Positions 39,162 to 47,495 of a stretch of 64,000 nucleotides of DNA are shown here, piece after piece. The stretch spans positions 32,001 through 96,000 of the forward strand of contig CAZUFC010000009.1 of the NCBI GenBank assembly GCA_964619725.1. Direction: 5' to 3'. The notes below the pieces were generated by a model. The model was not told the origin of the DNA. It worked only from the letters and a program-made list of their open reading frames with translations, and ran no database searches. The stretch comes from an uncultured bacterium (GTDB taxonomy: Bacteria > CSSED10-310 > CAZUFC01). The position numbers were made by a program, and so were the translations under genes. Numbering within the stretch: the stretch's first letter is position 1; each line of letters opens with the position of its first letter.

Positions 39162-42100
39162 CGGCATTGGATTTTCTGCAAGAAATGAAGAAAAAATCCT
39201 TTTGATTGATGACGAAGAAAAGGTTCTAAAAACGTGGATTCCCCTAATTCAGGATTGGGGTTATAAAGTTTCTGGCGCCGGAACTTTGGATCAGGCAAGA
39301 CGTTTGTTGAACAACGACCATTTTGATGCAATTGTCCTGGACCTGAGATTAAAGGAAGGGGACAGGGCCGGGCTTGATTTTCTTAAAGAAATCCGCAGAG
39401 AATGGCCCAAGATTGCTGTCCTTGTTCTGACCGGATATGGCAAAGAACTGCTAACTATCAGAGATGCTATGCATCTGGGAGCCGATGAATATTGCGAAAA
39501 AGGAGAAGTGCCTGCCACTATAAGGACTCATCTGAATCGCGCCATAAAACATCAAAACATGAAAAACGAGCTGGAAAGCATCCATAGAGTCCGGGAGGAC
39601 CAACTTAAAGCATTGAGCAAACTGACTGAGCAGGTCAGTCGACCAATGGCCGGTGGAGAATTAACGAAAACGTTCGTTGAGTTAGCAATAAAGCACACGG
39701 GTTGTAAATACGGAACTGCACATCTTGTGGACAAAGACAGGGTTACTATTGAGTATTACTCGCATGGTTTGACTCCGTGCAAACCTGAAGATGTTTTCAT
39801 CGTCGGAAGAAAATGCCCGGCGCTGTCAAACAGACGAATGGACAAAAATGAAGAAATCGACAATTCGAAAAGTTCCAAAAAACATGTCTACTGGATTCAT
39901 TACAAAGAAAAACCACGTTCGCTGTTAGCAATCCCCATGCTCTACAAAAACAATATTATGGGCGTTCTAAGCATTGGCGATGATAAACCTCGCATTTTTA
40001 AGCAGGATGAAATACGTTTTCTTGAGATTCTTGCTTATCAAGCTGCGATAATTGCCCAAAGCAATTTGGATATCTGGGAAGCAAAAGCGTTAAATGACCT
40101 TGACGATAAACTCAAGTTTTCCTATGATCATCAGGAATATTTAACGAAGACGGCAAACTTCATCATGAAATTTTTTGAAGCAGAAAATTTACTTATATAT
40201 ATTCCTCCTGATAATTTCATCTGTTTGCCTGATGAAAAGAAACGGTCCGATTCGCTTCAAAATATGGCAAAGCGAATAGCTTCTGATTCGGGAAGTTCTG
40301 AAATATATTCCTGTCACCATCTACCGCTTCAAGACGGCTTCAAGACAATGCTGGGAGTCCCGTTAAATTTCGGAGATGAGAGATTGGGTTCTTTAGTGCT
40401 TGCAGATCGAAAACAATCGGCAAACTGGGAATGTCGATTTTCCCGATATGATGAAGCGCTTCTTTTAGAAATGAGTGAATGCCTGGCTGCAGCTATTTCC
40501 AGGGAAAGACTTCGCAATATTGTTGAGCAAAGAAACAGGGAGCTCAAAACGCTGAACAGCATAAACGATGAACTGAATAAAACAAACAATTCTGATCAGG
40601 TCATTCGTTTAATAGCAAAACAGACTAAAGACCTGCTTCGAGCACGTGAGTGCAGCGTTTTTGCTCTTGCTGACCACGAGGACCTCTATAACCTGGCGAG
40701 GCAGAAAATTTTTCCTCTGGAAAAAATTAAAGAACCTACTTTCCTTCTCCGAGCGACTACTGATGAATCATTAAGCGCTCTGGAAGGCAAAGTTTTTTAT
40801 CAATTCGGCGAATCATTGACAGGACGTCTTGCGTTATTACCGGGCTCATATTGTAATAATCATTTGTCGGAAACAGAACATGTTCATCCCAGATATGCTC
40901 CGCGCCTGAATTACCACCATTTTATGGGTATTTCTCTCCGTTCGACCAGAGGCGATGTTATCGGCGCCATTAAAGTTATGGACAAGCATGACGAGAACGG
41001 TGAATTGACGGCAGACGGTTTCGAACCTCAGGATGAAGCCCTTCTCCAGGATATTGCATCACAGGCTGCTATTGCCCTGGAAAAAGCCCTCCTTATGGAA
41101 AAAATTCAATTAACTGAAGAGCGCTGGCGGACCCTGCTCAACTTTACGGACACCCTTCAGCATTCGCTTCGTGAGGAAGAAATATTATATATGTTTCTCA
41201 CGGGTCTGACGATTAAGGAAGGTCTTGGCTTCAACAGGGCGATTTTACTGATGCCGGATGAAACGGAAGAAAATCTTCAGGGCAACATGGCAATTGGACC
41301 CGCTGATGAAAGTGACGCAGAACGTATCTGGAACGAACTGAATGAAATTAATTTCAGTTTTGAAATGGCGAAAAGGACCTATTATGAGCAGGGTTACAAT
41401 CGGAACAGCCCGATTCAACAGTTGGCGAATAATATTTCAGTGCCGTTGGATATTAAAGACGACATTTTTCCGCGCGCGACGTATTATCATGGAAAATCCA
41501 TAAGGATAGACATGGAAGTAACCCCTGCAAAAGTCTTCCAGGATTACCTTGAAAAAATTAATACAGGAGCTTTCGCCCTGGCGCCTCTTATTGCAGGCGG
41601 TAAAATACTGGGCGCTATCCATGTCGATAATCGTTTTAATTCGCGTCCGATCACAGATGAAGACATGGATGCTTTAGAAATTTTCACGGCAAAAGCCGCC
41701 GGCGCTTTGAATAACGCCCGGTCTCTTGAAGAAGCAAGCAAAGCAAGCTATATTGATTTTACTCAAACCGCGCATTCATATGCCGACAACGTTTCTGCAA
41801 TAAGGAATGTTCTGTCATCCGCTATGGATTTTGCCGTAAAATCACATCCGACTGACGGAAAACTGATGAAATACCTGGAACGAATTTCGAGCGATATGAA
41901 TAAATTAGCCCGGGTATCAAAGAATATTACATTGCTGAGCAGAAGCTCTAAACTTTCACCAAAGCCCATCGATATTAACGAAATTTTGGAAAAGTGGAGT
42001 GAATCCAAAACCGAAAGTATCAGGAAAAGGATAAAGTTATCTATTGATTGCAAAGAGAAGGTCCTCGCCGATTCAAAAAAATTAAAAGGCGTGTTGGATG

Positions 42101-42447
42101 AATTACTGAATAACGCTTTACGATATTCGCCTGACGACACTAATATTTCGGTCAAAGCTGTAAAAACAGGGAAAGAAATTTTCCAGCAGTTAACATATCC
42201 GATTTCAAGACATGAAAATTGGATTCATCTTTCTGTTGCGGATTCAGGACCTGGTATAAATAATGAAGAAAAAAGAAAGATTTTTTTGCCGCTCGTATCA
42301 GATCAGAAAGAACTCGGAAGAGGCATGGGACTGCCGATAGCAAGAAAAGATATGGAAGATCAGGGCGGATTTTTATTTGAGGAGGGCGTTCCCGGCAAGG
42401 GTGCGCGTTTTGTCATTTTACTTCCGTTATATCTGAAAGGATGTTAA
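39148..42447 (+). CDS. Hybrid kinase: N-terminal receiver, multiple GAF domains, histidine kinase
   Basis: GGAGGA RBS before ATG 39148; LLIDDE..VLDLRL..LTGY..K receiver; several GAF repeats; TAHS H-box, ELLNNA, DSGPGI, GRGMGL. Confidence 0.88.
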   Translation: MNMGNGIGFSARNEEKILLIDDEEKVLKTWIPLIQDWGYKVSGAGTLDQARRLLNNDHFDAIVLDLRLKEGDRAGLDFLKEIRREWPKIAVLVLTGYGKELLTIRDAMHLGADEYCEKGEVPATIRTHLNRAIKHQNMKNELESIHRVREDQLKALSKLTEQVSRPMAGGELTKTFVELAIKHTGCKYGTAHLVDKDRVTIEYYSHGLTPCKPEDVFIVGRKCPALSNRRMDKNEEIDNSKSSKKHVYWIHYKEKPRSLLAIPMLYKNNIMGVLSIGDDKPRIFKQDEIRFLEILAYQAAIIAQSNLDIWEAKALNDLDDKLKFSYDHQEYLTKTANFIMKFFEAENLLIYIPPDNFICLPDEKKRSDSLQNMAKRIASDSGSSEIYSCHHLPLQDGFKTMLGVPLNFGDERLGSLVLADRKQSANWECRFSRYDEALLLEMSECLAAAISRERLRNIVEQRNRELKTLNSINDELNKTNNSDQVIRLIAKQTKDLLRARECSVFALADHEDLYNLARQKIFPLEKIKEPTFLLRATTDESLSALEGKVFYQFGESLTGRLALLPGSYCNNHLSETEHVHPRYAPRLNYHHFMGISLRSTRGDVIGAIKVMDKHDENGELTADGFEPQDEALLQDIASQAAIALEKALLMEKIQLTEERWRTLLNFTDTLQHSLREEEILYMFLTGLTIKEGLGFNRAILLMPDETEENLQGNMAIGPADESDAERIWNELNEINFSFEMAKRTYYEQGYNRNSPIQQLANNISVPLDIKDDIFPRATYYHGKSIRIDMEVTPAKVFQDYLEKINTGAFALAPLIAGGKILGAIHVDNRFNSRPITDEDMDALEIFTAKAAGALNNARSLEEASKASYIDFTQTAHSYADNVSAIRNVLSSAMDFAVKSHPTDGKLMKYLERISSDMNKLARVSKNITLLSRSSKLSPKPIDINEILEKWSESKTESIRKRIKLSIDCKEKVLADSKKLKGVLDELLNNALRYSPDDTNISVKAVKTGKEIFQQLTYPISRHENWIHLSVADSGPGINNEEKRKIFLPLVSDQKELGRGMGLPIARKDMEDQGGFLFEEGVPGKGARFVILLPLYLKGC

Positions 42448-42454
42448 AAGGTCT

Positions 42455-43291
42455 ATGTGCAATAAACTGAGTCTCCTTATCGTAGATGATGATCCCCGTC
42501 AACGCGTAACCCTTCATGAAGGAATCGAGGAAATGGGTATCTTTGATGAAATAACGGCCGTCGATTCTGAGAAGAAAGCTATTGATATTATTGAAAACCA
42601 GAAGCTGGCATTCAATCTAGTCCTTCTTGACCTGCGGATGCAGAGAAAAGATTCAGGATTAAGATTTCTGAAAAAGTTGAAGAATAATCCGGATTATAAA
42701 GATACGGAGGTCATCGTTCTTACTGTCGTTGAAGATGTTCCCGTACGAAATGAGGTGATGAGCTCCGGAGCTGATTATTATATAGAAAAGTGCCAGAGTT
42801 ATGCCCCATTGGATATTATCAGGGAACGCGTGCGAGGTTTATCAGATAAAATAAAATTAAAACGATTGCGGCAGACAATAGAGTCAAATTCAACGGAACT
42901 GAATCAAAATAAGGCATTTGTCGCATTTCCTTACCAGCCATGTTTCGATGATGTTTTTCATTTGATTAAAACTGTTTCATATCAGGCACAAGTACAAACA
43001 GTCAGGGCAGACAATATATCAAAATCCGTCCCTTTGACTGCTTCAATGTTTAAAGCAATCGAAGAATGTTTGTATTTCATTTGCGACATAACACATTCAA
43101 ATCCGAATGTTATGCTGGAGTTGGGATACGCTATGGCGCTTCACCCGGAAAGAGAAATATTGATCTTATGCGATAAAGCCTCTGAACTCCCTGTTGATAT
43201 TCGCGGATACGTAATTCAGAAATATGATCGTATCAGTTTACAGGGAACTCTGAAAGGAATCCTTGAGAATTTTTTTTCGATTCAAAAATAA
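42455..43291 (+). CDS. Response regulator receiver fused to nucleoside-deoxyribosyltransferase/TIR-like domain
   Basis: LIVDDD..LLDLRM..LT..K receiver; C-terminal AFVAFPY..RAD..AIEEC..FICDITHSNPNVMLELGYAMA. Confidence 0.8.
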   Translation: MCNKLSLLIVDDDPRQRVTLHEGIEEMGIFDEITAVDSEKKAIDIIENQKLAFNLVLLDLRMQRKDSGLRFLKKLKNNPDYKDTEVIVLTVVEDVPVRNEVMSSGADYYIEKCQSYAPLDIIRERVRGLSDKIKLKRLRQTIESNSTELNQNKAFVAFPYQPCFDDVFHLIKTVSYQAQVQTVRADNISKSVPLTASMFKAIEECLYFICDITHSNPNVMLELGYAMALHPEREILILCDKASELPVDIRGYVIQKYDRISLQGTLKGILENFFSIQK

Positions 43292-43497
43292 TGTTAAGTC
43301 CGAATTGAAAATCAGCCTGCAAATAACTATAAAAGAAAATTGACTATTTCCTGAAAAGCAGGTAATAAAAATAAAAGGGTGGGGCCAGTCGAGTCATCAC
43401 GTCGACCGATTTTTAATTTTACTTAGAAATCTTAAAATGACCCCGGGTTGATAAAAACAAAAAATTCTTTTTTCTAATTTTTCTATGCCAGTCAAGA

Positions 43498-45045
43498 ATG
43501 GGATTGGGTAGGTGCATGATGTGCAGTAATTCAGAATTATTTTGCAGCTTCTATTCGTTCAGAAGCAGCATCGAAAGATCAACCGCATTGCTTAATACAG
43601 CTTTAATATTAGCTAAACGAGCTTTCAGAGTAATCGTCATCGATTTCGATCTGGAAGCTCCGGGATTAAGTTTCATCGGCGAGCTTTATCCTGAGGGTGA
43701 AATCAAAAAGCAAGCGGGTGTTCTCGAATATCTTCATTCGTCCCTGGTGGAAAGCAGTGCGCTTGAGATTAAGCAATGTGTCGTTAAACCCGCGGCTTTC
43801 CCTGATGGTTGTTATTTCATGCCCGCCGGACGTTGGGATAATCAATATGTTAAAAGGTTGAACGAATTGGACCTGGGAAAAAGGCTTGAAACTGATACAA
43901 AAACCGTTACCCAATTGTTGGAATTATTTCGACAGGAAATTATCGAATACTGCAAGCCTGATATCGTTTTGATAGATTCCAGGACAGGACTTTCCGATGA
44001 GGGAGGTCTTTGCGTCCTTCAAATTACCCAGTATGTGTTCCTTATCGGAGCATTGAGCGTTCAGAATATCGAAGGATTATCTCTGGTCAAGCAACTGATA
44101 GAATCATTCAAATTTAGTAACCGACATTACCTGAAAACCTTTTTGGTCGCTTCACAGGCGCCGGAAGGAGAAGATGTGATTCGGGAAGAGATGTTTCAAG
44201 TTATGCACGAGAAGTTGGGGAAATATCCTGATGTAGTCGTTCCGTATAATCCTCGTTTGGCATTCAAAGAAGAAATCGGCTTTATTCAACGGCCGCATTC
44301 GTTATTGGCAAAAGCTTATGCTTCCATTGCCGATAAGATATGCAGCGTAAGACGAAATGAAAAAGCCGGTATTTTAAAATCAAAGGCTGAAGAAAAAATG
44401 GACAGGGGAGATTATGAACAAGCCTTGAAAAACATTGATAGGGCGCTTGAATTAATTCCGAATGATCCGGACTCTTTATTCATCAGAATCAAGGCGCTTG
44501 AAAGGCTTGGTCATATTAAAGCAGCGGATCAGATGAGAAGAAAAATCTTAAAAGAAAAGGCGATGCCGCCCGAAAAAATAAAGGACCTGGTAAGTGAGAT
44601 AGCTTCGCTCGACCGTTGGTATGATGAACTGTCTGAGATACTGAATGAAAATGTAAAGATATACGGAGATACACCGGAAGAACCGATGTTCCGGTTGTTG
44701 CGAGCGAAAACAGGCGCAAGGATCGGCGTTCTTCACTTCAGAGCTCTTGAAGACCTGGATTGGCTGATAGAACGGGGCTTTGAACTCGAAAGCGATCTTA
44801 TTATAACCAGGGTCAGACTCCTTAGAAGCTACAATAGAACGGATGAAGCGCTGGAATATCTTGCCGAGTCAGTAAAACGTTATCCGGAGGATCATAAATT
44901 GTTAAAAACTCTCGCTTTATTGCTTGCAGACCTCGATTTGAATGAAGAATCATTGAGAGTTATAAAACATGCTTTAATAGCGATGCCGGATGATGAAGAT
45001 TTGATAAAAGCCCTGCAGAGAATGGAACACGAATTTAAAGAATAG
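43498..45045 (+). CDS. ParA/MinD-like ATPase domain (degenerate Walker A) with C-terminal TPR repeats
   Basis: FYSFRSSIERST replaces FYSxKGGVGRT; VIDFDLEAPGL, MPAG and VLIDSRTGLSD conserved; TPR-like GDYEQALKNIDRALELIPND. Start may be 43516. Confidence 0.8.
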   Translation: MGLGRCMMCSNSELFCSFYSFRSSIERSTALLNTALILAKRAFRVIVIDFDLEAPGLSFIGELYPEGEIKKQAGVLEYLHSSLVESSALEIKQCVVKPAAFPDGCYFMPAGRWDNQYVKRLNELDLGKRLETDTKTVTQLLELFRQEIIEYCKPDIVLIDSRTGLSDEGGLCVLQITQYVFLIGALSVQNIEGLSLVKQLIESFKFSNRHYLKTFLVASQAPEGEDVIREEMFQVMHEKLGKYPDVVVPYNPRLAFKEEIGFIQRPHSLLAKAYASIADKICSVRRNEKAGILKSKAEEKMDRGDYEQALKNIDRALELIPNDPDSLFIRIKALERLGHIKAADQMRRKILKEKAMPPEKIKDLVSEIASLDRWYDELSEILNENVKIYGDTPEEPMFRLLRAKTGARIGVLHFRALEDLDWLIERGFELESDLIITRVRLLRSYNRTDEALEYLAESVKRYPEDHKLLKTLALLLADLDLNEESLRVIKHALIAMPDDEDLIKALQRMEHEFKE

Positions 45046-45164
45046 ATTTTTCCGGCATTGATCAAAAAAGCTTCTTATAAAATTATAAAACGGCGCTTTT
45101 CATTTCGGATCGTTTCATTATTTCCTGAGCGCTCACATCAGGTTGCATCCCGCCCTCCCCAGGA

Positions 45165-45192
45165 TTGACAAGCAGCCGGCAAAGGTTATAAT
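45165..45192 (+). promoter_or_regulatory. Consensus sigma70 promoter upstream of the BREX-like operon
   Basis: TTGACA-16 bp-TATAAT. Confidence 0.65.
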
Positions 45193-45480
45193 GAAATACC
45201 GTTTTCCGATGGGAATCGTAAAAGAAAAGCGGCATCCTGATCGCGACAAAAAATAATAGAATTTTCGAGCGTGATGACAGACTGTGTTGAAGGGATTGGA
45301 TTAAAAAATATGGATGCAAGAATGAACGAGGTCTTATCAGATGCGGTTTTATGAAGTCCTGGGGATTTCAGACTTGCCGTAGTTGCCGCCTGACAAAGCG
45401 CCTCTAAATGTATGAAGTTATGAAAATAAATCGTCATGATTTCTGAAGATATGGATGAGAAAAAGACTCACGGGATATAG

Positions 45481-46638
45481 ATGAAGGACAGCGACAAAAA
45501 AGGTTATCGACAAAAGTTAAGAGACAATTTCGTCCGAGGGGATGCAGCTTCACGGACGGATTCGGCGCTTCTTAAACTTTTGTTGACTTATGCCTTTCCG
45601 CGAAAAGAGATCGAATCGACGACAGAAAGTCTGCTTTCGGAATTCGGAAGTCTTTCTTCATTACTGGAGAGCCCGCTTGAAAGGCTCCTTGAACATAATG
45701 AAATAAGTAAAAGAAATGCCGTGCTTATCAAGCTTGTAGATTGGATTCGAATTCATTATGGTCCGAAAATACGGGAAAAAAGAAGGTATAAAGCGCCGCC
45801 CCAGGCCTCACTGTTTGATGAAGATTCTATTAAAGGCGTTGACCGATCATCTTCAGAAGTTATTAAATCTGATGCCAAAAAGGCAAGACCCAGGAGCGGG
45901 ACATCTATGTTCGGAAAGGCCATGCTGAGAGAAGCAATAGAAATCCTGCCCGATCTCCCCGACACCGAATCACTGGAAGAGGTTCATGCTTTTCTTCGTG
46001 ATAACCTGCATTTCAGTGCGGAACAGACCCGTCGACGCAACGCCTATTACATAACACGCAGGATGTTTCCAGCCGGTTATGCCGATAAGCCTTTACTTTA
46101 TTTCGCCAGGGCGTTTCCTGACAGCAGGGAACTGCGTGATGTTTGTTTTTATCGTTTTCTCAAGGCTGAACCGCTTGAAGTGGAAATAATCGAAAAGCTT
46201 ATTCTTCCCAGTATGGGAGCTGGACGTTTAAACCGTGAAAACATCCGGCTGCTGATTACCGAAAAATATCCTGATGCGCGAAGTACAAAAGATTGCGCCC
46301 TGGCAGTCGTCGATGCGTTAACTGCTGCAGAAATAGTCAGGTCTGATCGCCGAAAGATTACTTTCTCCTACCGGGACATACCCGTAAAGTCGTTTGCTTT
46401 TATTCTGCATAGCGAGTTTCCTGAACCGGGCATGTATGACATCCGAAAAATCGAAGAAAACCGTTTGGTACGGGCGATGCTCTGGAACCCGGAACGAATT
46501 CTCCACGCATTGTACGAACTGCGAAATCGCCGACTCATCAGTAAAGTATCGGAAATCGACAACATACGTCAGTTTTCGACGAAGCATAAACTTGCAGATA
46601 TCGTCGAATTGATATTGTCACGAGGTAAGCCATCATGA
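45481..46638 (+). CDS. RadC N-terminal (HhH-like) domain fused to a BrxA-like domain
   Basis: Residues about 7-85 GYRQKLRDNF..D..LLKLLLTYAFPRK..LLSEFGSL..LL..NAVLIKLV match the RadC N-terminus; no JAB motif seen. C-terminal assignment as BrxA-like rests on operon position and helical character. Confidence 0.6.
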   Translation: MKDSDKKGYRQKLRDNFVRGDAASRTDSALLKLLLTYAFPRKEIESTTESLLSEFGSLSSLLESPLERLLEHNEISKRNAVLIKLVDWIRIHYGPKIREKRRYKAPPQASLFDEDSIKGVDRSSSEVIKSDAKKARPRSGTSMFGKAMLREAIEILPDLPDTESLEEVHAFLRDNLHFSAEQTRRRNAYYITRRMFPAGYADKPLLYFARAFPDSRELRDVCFYRFLKAEPLEVEIIEKLILPSMGAGRLNRENIRLLITEKYPDARSTKDCALAVVDALTAAEIVRSDRRKITFSYRDIPVKSFAFILHSEFPEPGMYDIRKIEENRLVRAMLWNPERILHALYELRNRRLISKVSEIDNIRQFSTKHKLADIVELILSRGKPS

Positions 46639-47159
46639 AGGCGACCGACATCATCGAGGCCGTTCGTCAAAAGCTGACCGTGCCGACGGGACGTCACTTG
46701 TACGGCGTTCTGGGCTCATACAGGCAGCTTGATTCGTTTGCCGGAAAACTCCGTCAGGCCAGGACTATGGAAGGCATCCCTTTTCCCGGACCCGTAAACG
46801 TCAACCGGGGCATTCTTAACGCCATTCCGGACAGCGAATTCAAAAAACTTGCGGAAAACGAAGCCATACGCCCGGAACCTACGGCCGCTCATGTCGCCAG
46901 GGCATTCGAAAAATTCCTGAAGGAAAACCTCACCGGCAAAGGACTCCTGGTTCTCGCGAAGCTGGAGATGCTTTTCGCCTACAACATCGAACTGGGACTT
47001 CTGCGAACCATGGCTGCGGATGAAAACAGGGCGCTGCTTCTCCTGCCGGGACGACGGTCTCGCGGCCGGGTCATCATGTTTCATGAAATGGAGCAAGGCG
47101 ATTATACGCTGCCCAAAAACCTGATCGCTGAAAATCATCTGTGGGAAATTCGAGAATGA
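46635..47159 (+). CDS. BrxB/BrxF-like small BREX accessory protein (degenerate P-loop fold)
   Basis: VNVNRGIL, LLVLAKLEMLFAY and LLLLPG pattern; ATGA overlap with the upstream gene; size and position. Confidence 0.55.
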   Translation: MKATDIIEAVRQKLTVPTGRHLYGVLGSYRQLDSFAGKLRQARTMEGIPFPGPVNVNRGILNAIPDSEFKKLAENEAIRPEPTAAHVARAFEKFLKENLTGKGLLVLAKLEMLFAYNIELGLLRTMAADENRALLLLPGRRSRGRVIMFHEMEQGDYTLPKNLIAENHLWEIRE

Positions 47160-47452
47160 AAAACGCCGTCAGAAAAAGACGAACGCAATGGTTTAATTCA
47201 CGCGATATCCTTATTGCTAAAAAAACTGATTCAGAAGAGTTTAAATCCATTATAGCGAAAGAACGATTAAAAGCGGAAACCGATAAAACGCCTGATAAAT
47301 TTATCGAAAATCTTCCTGAGATCATGAAAAAATTTGACAAGCACGGAAGCGATTATCCCGAGCATGACAAGCGCGATTTCATTAATCAAACCAGCGGCTG
47401 TATGAAGGATAGTCCGATCAGCCCCGGTGAACAGGGAAATATAGTCGCATGA
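47156..47452 (+). CDS. Small hypothetical protein
   Basis: ATG overlaps the TGA of the previous gene (ATGA); 98 aa; no recognisable motif. Confidence 0.5.
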   Translation: MKNAVRKRRTQWFNSRDILIAKKTDSEEFKSIIAKERLKAETDKTPDKFIENLPEIMKKFDKHGSDYPEHDKRDFINQTSGCMKDSPISPGEQGNIVA

Positions 47453-47495
47453 GGAGCCTGAAACGACTCGAACTGAAAGATTGGGAACTAGTAAA

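Noticed and set aside
45481-46638. Calling this gene radC
   Set aside because: Only the N-terminal part resembles RadC; the JAB/MPN domain is absent.
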